From positions 224,006,001-224,070,000 of the forward strand of contig OZ024740.1 in the NCBI GenBank assembly GCA_964016885.1: 64,000 nucleotides of DNA. Direction: 5' to 3'. Each line of letters opens with the position of its first letter. The stretch's first letter is position 1. This document shows, in pieces, positions 1 through 12,959 of this stretch. Origin of the DNA: Eledone cirrhosa. Taxonomy: Eukaryota. The notes beneath the pieces were generated by a model. The model was given only the letters and a program-made list of their open reading frames with translations, ran no database searches and had not been told where the DNA came from. Position numbers and translations under genes: made by a program.

Positions 1-115
1 TTGTAATGTTGTTCTTACTGTAAATACCAAATTGTCTGTATCAGATTCCTTAAGTAAATACTTTTATAATATATAGATTTCTGGAGACCTATGTTCATAA
101 TACATTAGATTCTAT

Positions 116-1332
116 CAGTCTTCTGCCCTGGGGACATTGCCATCCACTGAGATGTACCCATTAGTAACAGAGTTAAATGCAGGCTCAAGAAAAGACCAAT
201 TTAAGAAGAGGGTGAGAGAATAAAAGAAGAGAAACATTTCAAAAGCATTTAAAGAAAGAGTAAGTGTATTAAGGTGGCTATAAGACAGAAAAGATTGACA
301 GAAATAGTATATGATAGGGATTGTTTGAGTTGAATGGCAAGTAAAAGGACTTCGAAAAATAAGACTGGTGTTGTCAACAAGAAAGTTAATCATAGGACAG
401 TATTAATACACTGAGGCTTTTCTGTTGGTTATGAATATTGAAAGCAGAAAATACTCTGACACTACAAAATAAAGTCTTCATGCCAGTATTTATAGATTTT
501 AGTTTTATGGCTGCAGCTATAAAATTGCATATAAATTTATATCTAGTAATGTGATAATTTTTAACAACAATTGAATGCATATTTTTTCTTATTTGAATGG
601 AAACTATCACCAATTTTTTACACCTTCAGTCTTCAGCCCTGGGGACATTGCCATCCACTGAGATGTACCCATTAGTAACAAAGTTAAATGCAGGCTCAAG
701 AAAAGACCAATTTAAGAAGAGGGTGAGAGAATAAAAGAAGAGAAACATTTCAAAAGCATTTAAAGAAATAGTCAGTGTATTAAAGTGGCTATAAGACAGA
801 AATGATTGACAGAAATAGTATATGATAGGGATTGTTTGAGTTGAATGGCAAGTAAAAGGACTTGAAAAATAAGACTGGTTGTGTCAACAAGAAAATTAAT
901 CATAGGACAGTATTAATACACTGAGGCACATGGCTTAGTGGTTAGAGCATTGGGCTTGCCATCGAAAGGTTGTGAGTTCAATTCTCAGTCCGGGTGATGT
1001 GTTGTTTCCTTGAGCAAGACACTTTATTTCACATTGCTCCAGTTTACTCATCTGTAGAAATGAGATGATAGGGACTGGAGTCCCTATCATTCCACTGCAA
1101 AGTGGTCGTGTAGGTGCCATGGCAAAAAAGCACCCAGCACTCACTGTAAATGAGGTTGGTGTTAGGAAGGGCATCCAGCTGTAGAAATCAAGCCAGAATC
1201 AGTTCCCGTCCCACCCTTGCAAGCAGGGAAAAGCGGACGTAAAATGATGATGATGATGATGAGGCTTTTCTGTTGGTTATGAATATTGAAAGCAGAAAAT
1301 ACTCTGACACTACAAAATAAAGTCTTCATGCC
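116..1332. repeat. Local direct duplication of about 370 bp (copy 1 116-484; copy 2 627-1332, interrupted by a SINE)
   Basis: cagtctt.gccctggggacattgcc...aaagtcttcatgcc occurs twice with few substitutions. Copy 2 is split at ctgaggc by a SINE. Confidence 0.95.
925..1260 (+). mobile_element. tRNA-derived SINE (family A) with RTE-derived body and tail
   Basis: A-box TGGCTTAGTGG at 931 and B-box GAGTTCAATTCTC at 974. The 3' end gtcccacccttgcaagcagggaaaagcggacgtaaaa(tga)n matches the RTE 3' end at about 23690-23755. TGAGGC is duplicated at 922-927 and 1260-1265. Confidence 0.9.
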
Positions 1333-1830
1333 TTGTCTTGGAACATGTAAATGCCACATGATTGAATGGTGGAGAAGTTAGCTCCACAATCACAAGGTCT
1401 CACGTTTAATCTCATCTTGTGGCATATTGAGGGTAATTTACCAAAGTGCCATTAGAACCCAAAATAGGTGATTGAAATTAGGTCCAGCGTAATACATTCT
1501 CAATCTTGTCAGCTGGGACCTTGTTATAAAGGTGTGTTACATGTGTTAGTATATCTCTACGAACGAGGATAAAACCAAAGTATTCACTAGGCGTAATTTT
1601 GAACTACCAATGAGATCACTACAATCAGACTCTGTATAAACAGTCTACTGACAGATCACCCACCGGTATATTAATTGGATGAATAGTCCATTCCATTGAT
1701 TGCACAACAGTAACAACATACATCGTCGAAACTGATGGAGATCCATTCCATTTTTCTTTGAAATTTTTCATGAGGACAATTCAGTCTCAAGAAATGTTTT
1801 AAAGTTTTGTATGTTGACTCTAGAAAAACC

Positions 1831-1946
1831 ATAATCGTTTCTACTTTAGGCACAAGGCCAGCAATTATCCAGTGCATTACTGGTACTTTATTTTATCGAC
1901 CCCATAAGGATGAAAGGCAAAGTCAACCTCGGCGGGATTTAAACCA
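1831..1946 (-). mobile_element. SINE family B, partial
   Basis: Reverse complement of the ctttgcctttcatcctta.ggggtcgataaaataaagtaccag core and the (TAA)-type tail seen at 10096-10285. Confidence 0.85.
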
Positions 1947-3615
1947 TAATACAACATGTTTACTACTATCCATGTACATAACAGGTTTCATGTGGGATTC
2001 TTTTTGAGGCAATGTTTTATAGTCAGATTCTACTATTGACAACAACCCTCTTATTCACTTCTTATGACATGCAAGGATATGTGTACTTATTTTAAACTGG
2101 ATACAAACAAATATGTGTGAGCTCAGTTTTCAAACATATCCAGTTAAGTCTTAAGATATCATTTGAAAAAATTACATTTACTTGAAACAATGCATTTCAT
2201 ATAGAAGCAAAATCTCTGGTGATAAATTTGCTTTTCAATGAAGAGAACATTCACTTCCTCACAATGAATAAGAAACTGACAAAATATTGGAAATAATATT
2301 TAAATTTCCAAATTTGTAGGAAAATTATATATTTGAATTAATTTGAAGCTAAAGAGCAAAATAAAATGCCATTGCTTTGCCTTTAAATTATATCTTTTAA
2401 TTTTTTCAATAGCTAATTCAAAACATATCCTTGGTTAAAATCAGTTAACATTTTTTAATGTTTCCTGACATCTTTTCTTTGATTAAAATATGCATTTTTT
2501 ATAAGTTTCTCACTGAAATTGTTTATCTATTTAATTAGCAGTATCCTTTGCACTCTTGAAATAACTTTAATTTGGGGATTAATTTTCTAATTTGATTATA
2601 TAGTGAAAAAGATATTTTAAAATATTACCATAGAAAACTTTGATTTATTGAGATAGTGAAAATATATTTTTTTTAAATTAATTTCATAAGTATGAAATTA
2701 CAAATATTATATGAAGATTTTTATTGTTTTCCTGCTTTATCAGTGTCAAATATATGCTCATTCAATGTCTCCTTCAGTAATCATGAATTTGAATGTATTG
2801 GCAAGGGTGAGTGGATTTCTCAGTCATGCTAAGGGCATGACAACCTATCTGGTGATGATTCCCTGATAAAATGTACACAATACACTGTAAAATGGTTGGC
2901 ATTAGGAAAGGAATCCAACTGTAAAATGTTGCTAAAAGTAGAGCATAAGAAAGCAAGATGTGGACTTGGCCCACCTTAGGAGGAAAGTAGATCTAATTAA
3001 GAAATGACATCATCAGTAATGGCACATCCCCCTCATACCAGCATGAACATGTGGATTTAAAAGGAGAATGGTGATAAAAACAATGATGATCATCACAATA
3101 TTAGTAATTTTTCAGGTTACAAGAATTTTCTTTTAATATATAATTTATTTTTAGCGGTTTTTATATAAAATAATCAACTTCTGTCACTTTATCAATTTTG
3201 AATAGAGTGGATTATAAAATTCTATAAGTAGGTGTAAAACAATGACAGAAGCTGAAGAAGGTTAACACAAGGAAGTTGGTTGTTAGTTGAGGTGTTTCAA
3301 TTTCTCAATAGAAAACTTAGTTGAATAATTATTGTGATTTATAAAATATTAAAAGGGTAATCAAAAATTCAGAGTACTGTAGCTACTTTATCTATAAGTG
3401 ACAAGTTAATTAGAAGATGTGAATAAAAACACCTCAAAGTGAATAAGTAATTTTTATGCAAAAAAGGCATGTGTGATAATATATATTCAGGTCAGGCGAA
3501 ATGGGATCGCAAGTGGACTACTTGGCATGGGTCGATAATTTTAAGTCAGCTTATACCTCTAAAGTTTGAGTTTTTATTGTATTTTGGAACTAGGAAGTAT
3601 ATCATGTACACTATA

Positions 3616-3617
<2 letters not shown>

Positions 3618-3671
<54 letters not shown>

Positions 3672-3688
3672 ATGTGTGTGTATGTATT

Positions 3689-3748
<60 letters not shown>

Positions 3749-3797
3749 CATATATGTATGTGTGTGTGTGTGTATGTATGTGTATATATATATATAT
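3618..3797. repeat. Compound (TA)n/(TG)n microsatellite
   Basis: Read directly from the sequence. Confidence 0.97.
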
Positions 3798-4069
3798 AAT
3801 AAGCTGACGGAACTAGCATGGATATCACTGCTAAGAGCAGTTGCATCTCAGCTTACTTAAAAGGTAATGTTAAATAAACTCCCAGAGTATACACATAGTT
3901 ATTCGCTTCAATACAATGCACATAAATGGGTACCTTCAATTATTCCGAACTTGAGTTTTGGCCACACTTAATGCAGCAATAGAGTGCACAGCACCCTCTG
4001 TCCACATATATTATGCAACAATACATAATTGGTGCATGTGGCTTCATCATATATATATATATATTTATA

Positions 4070-4270
4070 TAGAAGTAGTAATACAACAGTTAGTTCACCA
4101 TACCAAGAACAATTGTTTCACCTCAACGGATCTGAAGCTGAAGATCCGCTAAGGTGAAACAATTGTTCTCGGTATGGTGAACTAACTGTTGTGTTACTAC
4201 TTCTACCAAACTTGCCCGATGGACTGAGTGCACTACCCCTACAGATGTTACCTTCTAGTGTTCTACCTCT
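4070..4270 (+). mobile_element. (TA)n-embedded fold-back element, probable PLE pseudo-LTR relic
   Basis: Inverted arms of about 64 bp (4070-4133 and 4142-4205), a unique extension of about 65 bp, TA runs on both sides, and an HHR core inside. Confidence 0.7.
4136..4169 (+). ncRNA. Minimal hammerhead ribozyme motif (stem I truncated by the inversion)
   Basis: CTGAAGA-tcc gctaa ggt-GAAA-CAATTG-TT. Stem III is palindromic and stem I is only about 2 bp. Confidence 0.6.
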
Positions 4271-6540
4271 ATATATTTATATATATATATATATGAGTGT
4301 GTGTGTGTGTATCTGTTACACAAATTGTATTAAAATATTACTAAAATACTTTTTGGGATAGAGTCTACATTTGACATTTAGCAAGATCTTATTACCACCT
4401 TTCGGGCTTACCTTCCACATCTGATCTGGGTCTATTACCAGCTTTGCACAGAGTGGTATTTATTAGCATATAGAATTTTAAGATATTAGAATGTACTTAA
4501 ATTGTCACTTGAAAGTTATCTAAAAGTTATCTAAACTGCTTTTTATCCCTTTATTTTGATAAAATTGGGTAGTCTTTTAAAAGACTGTTTGTATGTTTGA
4601 GCTGTGTTTGACCTGTGACATAGTTATACTCAACTGAAATACTTCGCGCTACCTTAGCATTCAATATAGTTGTAGCTGTATGATTCAGTCATGCATCTCA
4701 GACAGATATTGGTTTTATTATTGGACTCAAGAAAAAGAAGAATTAATGCACCTTGGTAGAATTTGAATTATGTTTACAATATAGATTTAAACATGTCTAT
4801 GTGAGTTTCATTCCACTGCTTGAAACCATAAAAGAATCTCTTCTATGTGGGAAAAATCCAAACTTCATGAGTGAAAATGGATTGATGAAAACAGTGTGGG
4901 AGACTATCATGGAGATATATTCTGTTCTTGTAGTAGTTGACTTAATTATTGCCTGGTGTGACCCATGGGTGCATTTGAGACACATCTACAGTCTGAATAT
5001 AACTTCCTCTCACCTATCTCAGAGGTTCTGAAACAGACCATGTATGCTATCTTTTCTCCTGTAAGTCTTATAAAAATCTCTGTCTATTGTACCACCAGAT
5101 AGAACAATTTATACCAACACCTGGTATCTTGGCAAGTAATGTAAATAATAATTTTATCCTCATCATCTTCATTTTAACACCTGCTTCCCATGCTAGCAAG
5201 AGTTGGACATGTCTACATAGACCAAGTCAGGACTGAAGCAGTGTCTATTGATCTCCCAGACACGCCAGGGATCTATTATCTCGCTTATATATGATCTCAT
5301 GTTCTTCAAAGTGCACAGAATAGGTAGTCATGTCTTTGGTACAACTGTGGGTCCTACTGGCATGATTTCTTCAGCTGAATGCCCTTCCTATCACAAACTA
5401 CTTTACAGTGTGAAGTGGGTACATTTATTTTGTAGATCACAAAACACTAGGGAAGCTGTCACATTTTGGTACAACTGAAGGGTCCTCCCAAACCTTTGTT
5501 TGGCAAGCCCACCATGGCTGGATGTCTTTTTCATCACCAACCACTTCACAAGGGGCAGCATCCAGACATGTTTGTGGGAAGGGGACATGGGATATATTTT
5601 GAACAGGAAAGCCTGAGAATCGGGGTTAAAGTAAATGCTGGTGTGTTGGACATAACATGGATGATGAGAGTTAGAGAGAAGAAGAGATAAGTGAGTTGGG
5701 AATGAATTATTACAATTCCAAAATATATGAATGCAAAATGTAAAGAAGAATAACTAATTACATTTACTATAACAGCATATTATATGATGTCTATCATAGA
5801 CTGTTACAATATTTATTGCTATTCAGAAATTGACTATATATGGCATAAAACACAGTGATACCTAAATATAGAACTACAAAGTGGTGTAAAACAGAATAAC
5901 TAATTATAACTTCTATGAGAGAAAGGTGTACCATATTATTTTCTATCCATCATAGACTGTTGTCATATTGATTGATTCATTTCAAAACTTTCAGTTTTGA
6001 ATAAATCTCCATATTGAAATTGCTAATTTTGTTTTCTTTTAAGTGACATATATGGAAAAAGAAACAAAGCATCAAATTGACTATATTTGACTAATTTATT
6101 TATCGAATATACCTTTAATTGTGTTTAAAATTTTCTCATGGAGTATTTGTAGGAATTTTAAAATAGAGTAGAGCACACCATGTAGTATATTGTTTTATAG
6201 TACATTGTTATTAGAACACACTTAGGTGTCTCAATTACTGAGAAAAACCTGACTTGAACCTAATATATATATATATGTGTGTGTGTGTGTATGTGTGTGT
6301 GTGTGTGTGCATGTGTGTGTGTGTGGGAAAATATTCAGGACCCACTCTACTAACCCAAGTATTGAGTACTCTGATGTTATAGTCCACCTGGACTATATAT
6401 ATTGTGTGTGTGTTCATAGAATATGAACTGAAAAGAAATAGCTTGTGATGTTTATTTCCAAATGAATTATTTTCATTGACAACATGATGATGATGATAAT
6501 GACACCAATGACTATTTTGTATTTTGTTTCGTATAAGAAC

Positions 6541-7080
6541 TGTAGTGACCTACATTCCGCGGGCTCACATACATTCTCTGTGCGTGATTTGGCTCAGTTC
6601 AGCCAATCAGTGCCAGTAGAAGAGGATATATCCCTATGCGCCCTGAGGAAGAAATTCCCCGCTAAGATTTGAAGAATCTCTCTCTTGTACCGGAAACTTC
6701 AAGCCAGCAACACGCATAATGTAACGGTGAGATTTGCACCCTAGCCTCAACGGCGCAATGGCACATTCCCTTTTGTAACCTCTTTTTATCTGTAACTTCA
6801 ACCATATAAGTTAACAAACATTGTTTGTACTACATCAAAAATAAACAAACATTTCATCTCTAATTACTGCTGTTGAAATCATTGTTATGTTACTCGTGTC
6901 TCAATAACATCTATAATCCATGCTGCTGGAATTGGCGACCTGACGAAAGGAATATTGTAAATAGATCGAGGGACCTTCCCTCACGTCTATGTCAACAAGT
7001 TAATCCAACGAGGATACTATCACTTACCATACTGGCAACTAACGACCTTCAATCATCTACCCTGTTAAAGTGGCGACTAC
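6541..7080 (+). mobile_element. Possible LTR relic with a PBS-like motif
   Basis: Starts TGTAG, has AATAAA near 6840 and TGGCGACC at 6933. No clear CA end or TSD was found. Confidence 0.3.
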
Positions 7081-9061
7081 TCTATAACCAATACTGCTAA
7101 AGAACACTGAAATGTACATGAGATAAAAAGAAAAAGGTCTAGACCAATATAACTGCTTAAACCCCATAAATCTATTCTATCCCAAGCTAGCCACAGTCCA
7201 ATGACTGAAATTCTTATGAAAATGTCAATAGCAGTAAACTGTTTTACAGTTTATCAAATTATTTTTCAATAAGTGTTGCATCTTAGTCTGTAGAAGAGAA
7301 AAATATAATTTTCATTAAAATTCAAACATTGTCTCTAGCATGGTCAGCGAGGTATGTTTAACCAATAAACATGACTTCACTACTTTACAGACATTTTATT
7401 TTCTTGGTCGAAGAGGCAAATCTGCCTTGGCAAAATTTTAATTCAAACAATATCTAGAACAAATATCGTAAGGTTTTGTGTCCCATACTCTAAAAATTCT
7501 GTCAATCCACCAGCCATATATTAAAATTTAATTATGAATATGTCAACAATAAATTGTATTCTTTTTCCTTTTTTCCCTTTTTTTAATTTTTGAATAAAGA
7601 AAACCTAACTCTTGACATTACAAGAAATTGTAGCTATATTTTCATAGACAATTTCACAATTATCTCTTCTAATTAGTTCAGCACTTTAACATATCCATTG
7701 GCTGCAGACTTAATTTGTTCAATTTCAGATCTAAAATACCTTAGGCAACTCATGTTATATTCTGTGACATTCATCGTTGAAGCTGATGAAGGTCCATGCC
7801 ATAGTTTTGAAAGCTAGGAATGTTTATTCATGACCTTCGTCAAACCAGACTTGTAGTTTTCTCTAAAATTGAAGGATTCATAACAGAAAAATCAATTGTC
7901 CCAATGGACCTCCAATTGAAATGTCAGGAACTTCAGACCTCACAAACTTGATTATGGAAGAAATTTTAATTGCATTAAAGTTGCCTGCAAGCCATAAAAA
8001 TCAATTGGAATGTCCCAAAAGAATATATTTTAGTTTGAAGCTTTCAGATTGAGTAATGAAAATGGTGATATAGAATAATGTAAAATTTGTCAATGTTACG
8101 ATAATGCTATTGAGGATATGCCTAAGAGAAAGCTAACAGATATTTTGCAAGAAATGAAGTTAAAATAGGATTTGCAACATCACTTCATTGAAATACAGAA
8201 AAACAGATCTATAAAAAGAAAAATATTTAACATGTTTGAGACTGCCTTTATAGTAGCCAGAAGAAATTTTGATAAATTTAGCTTTTGTTGACATGAAAAT
8301 TGAAGCAACATCCTCCAAGTGTTTTGTCAATGAAATACAAAGATGCCACAAGTGACTTATGGTTAATTTAATAATTTTTATTCTGTTCAGTGAGCTGTAA
8401 TATGCGTAGAATGATCATTTGCATAATACCCATGCTTGAACTAATGAAAATCCTTCCTTTACAGAGGGAAAAAAGGAAACTCTCAATGTCTTTTTTTTTG
8501 TTATGACAAAATGTATAAAGTATAACATTTTCTTTCCCCTTCTCTCCCATTTGTATTTCTATGCCTGTGTGAAATAGACAAACATACATGTTTTTTTATC
8601 TGCTTCTCTACATAGCTATCTTTTTGGCATCAATTTCCTTTCGTTCTTTCATATTAACCAATACTCTCTATTCAGGTATCTTTAACACACATTAGCTGTA
8701 GCTACAGTTCTGTTAGTATGACATTTCGGAAGGGTTTAAAACTTAGTGGAAAACAAAGCTGTATCATGAATTTGTTGGCTTTTTTTTTTTTCTTATAGTG
8801 ACTTTTTAACAATTTGAATATTCCATCTGGCATTTTGATGATTTATGACTGTATCCAACCAGCTTAGTATTTTATCTGCTATGCACATCTGTTTACTATT
8901 GGTAGTTTACACCACTTTTTACCTGAAGCTGTGATTGTTTTACATCATTGCTTCAGGCTAAATTCATTGGTATGGATTGCCATGGTTTAGTTAAATTACA
9001 CTCATTATCCTTTTTGAGCTATAATTGATGAATATCATATTTTTCAGTGATTTTCATGTAG

Positions 9062-9139
9062 ATGTCCAAAGTTGAGAATTATATGCATGGTAGATGGCTG
9101 AAGGATCAATGGTCTAATGTCTGGGATATTCCTAAACAG
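9062..9139 (+). CDS. Candidate internal exon (MSKVENYMHGRWLKDQWSNVWDIPKQ), gene unknown
   Basis: Acceptor ttttcatgtAG, 78 nt open in frame, donor CAG/GTATAT, non-repetitive context. Confidence 0.3.
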
Positions 9140-10095
9140 GTATATGGTTTTATAAATAGATCAGAGGCTTGGTTTAGTTAAGTGACACCTCTCATTACAT
9201 TCTGCTATTCTGCTCTAAAATATCTGATTTTTACTCCAAGATTTTACTTCAGTAAAAGGAACATCTTAAGGAAATTAATAGACGTTTACTCTATATAAAA
9301 TCTGTCTTTGACATACTTTAGCAAAATTAGCAAATATTTCTTTAATAATTACCATTCAAATTAATGCATTTTTAAGGACCAGCACAAGGTAGGTTTATGG
9401 TTCGATCGTTGTTCATAGTCCTCATATATATATGACTATTCCTGTTAATAAAGATGTTACAAAAGTGTTTTTCTTTTAAAAAAAGAAAAGCAATACCATC
9501 ATTTTATGTGATCTATATTTAATCTACCCTTTGCTTTTCTATTAAAAAATATTTGTTATGCCGTTTGTAGTTTGATAGTCTGGACATACTATTTATGACT
9601 GCTTATTTCAGAATGCCTCAATGATTTTTAACTGAAAGATCGTTTTTTGTTGGTCATTATCAAAGAGCTATTAACATAGTCAGATCATTTTTTCAAAGCT
9701 GTGAAGACATTGGAAAACGTTTCATGTGACATTTATTTTCCTGATTCTAAAAAAATGTGCAACATTTACAACAGAGGATTAAATATTTCACATTTACTAC
9801 AAAAAAAGTATTTTTTTATTTCCTTTATTTATAAAACAATATAGTATTTACTTCAGTTTGAGCTAGTTTTTTTTTATATTTAAATATTTATAAATGCAGC
9901 GATTTTAGAATAAATTATTTTATATAATATAAAAGAACTTCTCATTGAATTAGGTATTCAAGTTGTTTTGGGGAAATTGTTTTATATTATTTAGTTAGCA
10001 TAGGCCATTTCTGACTGGTGAACTTCAGAGGGAATAGCTTCTTACAAAACTCATTTTGATCTTTTGTGTACCCATATTCTGCACTCATTATTACA

Positions 10096-10285
10096 GGTGG
10101 ATTGGCATTATTGGTAGAGGGTCGGACGCCATGCTTTGACGCATAGAGTTACGGCCATTGCCATTCTGAGTTCAAATCCCGCGAAGGTTAACTTTGCCTT
10201 TCATCCTTACGGCATCGATAAAATAAAGTACCAGTAACTCACTGGGTAATTGTTGGCCTTGTGCCAAATGTAGAAACAATTATTA
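10096..10285 (+). mobile_element. SINE family B, near full length
   Basis: B-box GAGTTCAAATCCC, conserved core gcctttcatccttacggcatcgataaaataaagtaccag, tail gaaacaattatta, and a TSD-like ATTATTACA on both sides. Confidence 0.85.
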
Positions 10286-11163
10286 CACAGTATCATATTT
10301 CAAGCTACTCCATGTCTACATATAGATCAAAGTATTTCAGTCATATACACTTTGGTACAAACTGACACCTCTCTCATTGCATTATTGTCTGTTAGGTTTT
10401 TAATTCTTTTCTGCAGAACTTTAATAAATTCCTCGATTAGAAAGAAGTTAATATGTACTAAGTCACTGTGGGATATAATTCCCACCGTTTTATGCATATA
10501 TTTTGGTTTCTATTGCAAGCCCAGAGCATAGTTTGGTAGATAGTTATAAGTGGATTTTTGTACACAATCTTTTAAGAGAAACCTGCGACTTGTCTATGAG
10601 TATATGCAGTAAATTATTAATAGTAAAATCCTTGGATAAATTCCGGGTAAAAAACCGGTGTTTACACAATATTCTCCACCATTCTTGCTGACAATCCTAA
10701 TTCTAATTATACCACACTTATGTATTGTCCTGTTCTTTTATGTTATGCATACCATATTAAAAGCATTACAGCCATAACATCTGCAACAATTCTTGCTAAA
10801 TGGTTCTATTTATCTATAAAGACAGGATATAAAAAATGATTCCTATCTAATAATGTATTTACATGGAATTTAATTTAGAACAGTTCGATATTACTTTTTC
10901 TATTTATATGAAATAACTAATTCATAGTTTCAGATGTATGAAATAATTTATTGATGATACTAACTGCTTCTGGTGTGTTGTCATAACCAACACCTGAATA
11001 ACCTCCTCATATCAATGTTCTGGAATTTTTATTATAGCAAACTTACATTAATTCTCAAGTAGACAGGCAATGCATTATCAATGGAATCATGAAATAGCAA
11101 CTAAATGTTCCTTTTATAACATACTATTATATCAAAAAAGGAAGACACTATATTTTATTTTAG

Positions 11164-11213
11164 GATTGAAGGATTGTGGCTGAATGCGTTTGATCATAGG
11201 TTTATTCAGTCAG
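11164..11213 (+). CDS. Candidate 50-nt exon (IEGLWLNAFDHRFIQS), gene unknown
   Basis: Acceptor tattttattttAG, donor CAG/GTAATG, and only one of three frames is open. Confidence 0.3.
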
Positions 11214-11461
11214 GTAATGATAATGTTGTTGGTGAATATGTTGGCTATGATGTACATTTCGTATCAGATTTCCATTTTCTTTGGAATCAAACCTATACTG
11301 AATTCTATCCAAACTTGCCTCAACTGAAAACTGTACAAATATATAAATAACTGTATATTACCTGAGAGACATACAGTAAAATGTTACAGAACAAGTTAAG
11401 AATTTTAAATAGGAAATTAGTTGCTTTCAATAAATTCATCAGGAAAATATATTTGAGAATG

Positions 11462-11600
11462 TAATTAATTGTTTCTACTATTAGCACAAGGCCAGAAATT
11501 ACCCAGTACATTACTGGTACTTTATTTTATCGACCCCGTAAGGATGAAAGGCAAAGTTAACCTCGGCGGGATTTGAACTCAGAATGGCAAGGGCCGTAAT
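11462..11600 (-). mobile_element. SINE family B, partial
   Basis: Same core as 10096-10285, on the opposite strand. Confidence 0.85.
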
Positions 11601-12816
11601 GCCAAGAAATTAGAAACATTGATGGAATGCTTGATATACTCGTATCTCACCCTCTCATCTCAAATAAGGGAGACAATCATTGGATAATGCAGTACCAGAT
11701 GTACTATAGCTGGTAAAATAAATTGGGTTGTTTACAGTTCATATGCTATTGATCATATGTCTTGTACACCACAGTAACTTTTCTGAAAGATTAAAACAAA
11801 GAAAACATTTCTAATAACCGGATGAAAACATAATGTGCCTAATTATGAATATACTTGAATATATTTGTCAATTTATGGAAGAATATCCAATGTTGTCCGC
11901 AATGAAAGCCTATGCATCATCAGTGATTTCCTCAAATACATACATTACACCTTCTGCCATGAAAGACATCAAGAAAAACCAACATATGACTTATATACTG
12001 AACCTACAATAATTTCAACTCAATATATGTAATATATTGTAAACGATATGACCTATCTATCAATATGATTTATACACTAGTTTATTACCAAAACAATATC
12101 TTCAGGTATATAAAAGTTTGTTTAAAACTGTTTTTTCTTTCTCTTTTAAAATCACTGTTGACCTGATCACACAAAACAATATAAAAAAAAAAAAACTATT
12201 CACTGAAATGTCCACTACAACTGGACACATCATAGCCAAATGGTTAAGATGTTTGCATCTTAAACACAAGTTTCTAGATTGGATCACACAATGTAGCAAC
12301 TTTTGAAAAAATATTTTCCATTGTCTGTGAGTGAAATTGGGTAGATAGAAACTGTTGAGAAGTCCTTCAGATAGACTATACCTGTAATTCAAAGGGCCAA
12401 CTTTGTCACAATCTGTACCATATGAAATCTCCTTATGAAAATTAATTTAAGCATGCATGAAACAACTGGCATGTTAATTTAATGAGTAATCCACACCATT
12501 GATTGAACAACTTGTAGACACATTTTCAAAATTGCTGGTGGTCTAATTACCACTACCATCCCAAGAACCAAGCAAATTTACAATACTTGCAAATTATGAG
12601 AAAATACAGGCAAATATAAAGTTGATGAGTATTAAAAATTGTGATTCAAAAATTATAAATAATTACATTAATACTGTTTTATTAATATTGTGATAATTGA
12701 TTATGAAAAGTTTTATTCAATGGATAATTCATGAATTTAATCAACACACTGTATCTGTTTTTGATATATTGATTATTCTGGAAAGGAATTGGTCCAGATT
12801 TTTAATTTTCAGCTAT

Positions 12817-12880
<64 letters not shown>

Positions 12881-12959
12881 TAATAAAAGGAATTCCAACT
12901 TTGTCTGATTTACTCGTTTTATTTACAATCCTTTAAAATTATAATGATATTATAATGAA

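Noticed and set aside
925-995. tRNA-like A and B boxes (also at 17800 and 36900-36980)
   Set aside because: These are SINE heads continuing into SINE bodies, with no proper acceptor stem or terminator.
3490-3564. GC-richer stretch after ttcag, possibly an exon (VRRNGIASGLLGMGR* looks vaguely neuropeptide-like)
   Set aside because: No convincing donor site and no match to a peptide family I can name.
7783-7820. CTGATGA...GAAAGCTA, an HHR-like core
   Set aside because: No stem I pairing, a poor stem II and no TA or repeat context, so probably chance.
12225-12545. Old SINE-like relic (similar one at about 1350-1740)
   Set aside because: Too degenerate to define boundaries or family from the sequence alone.
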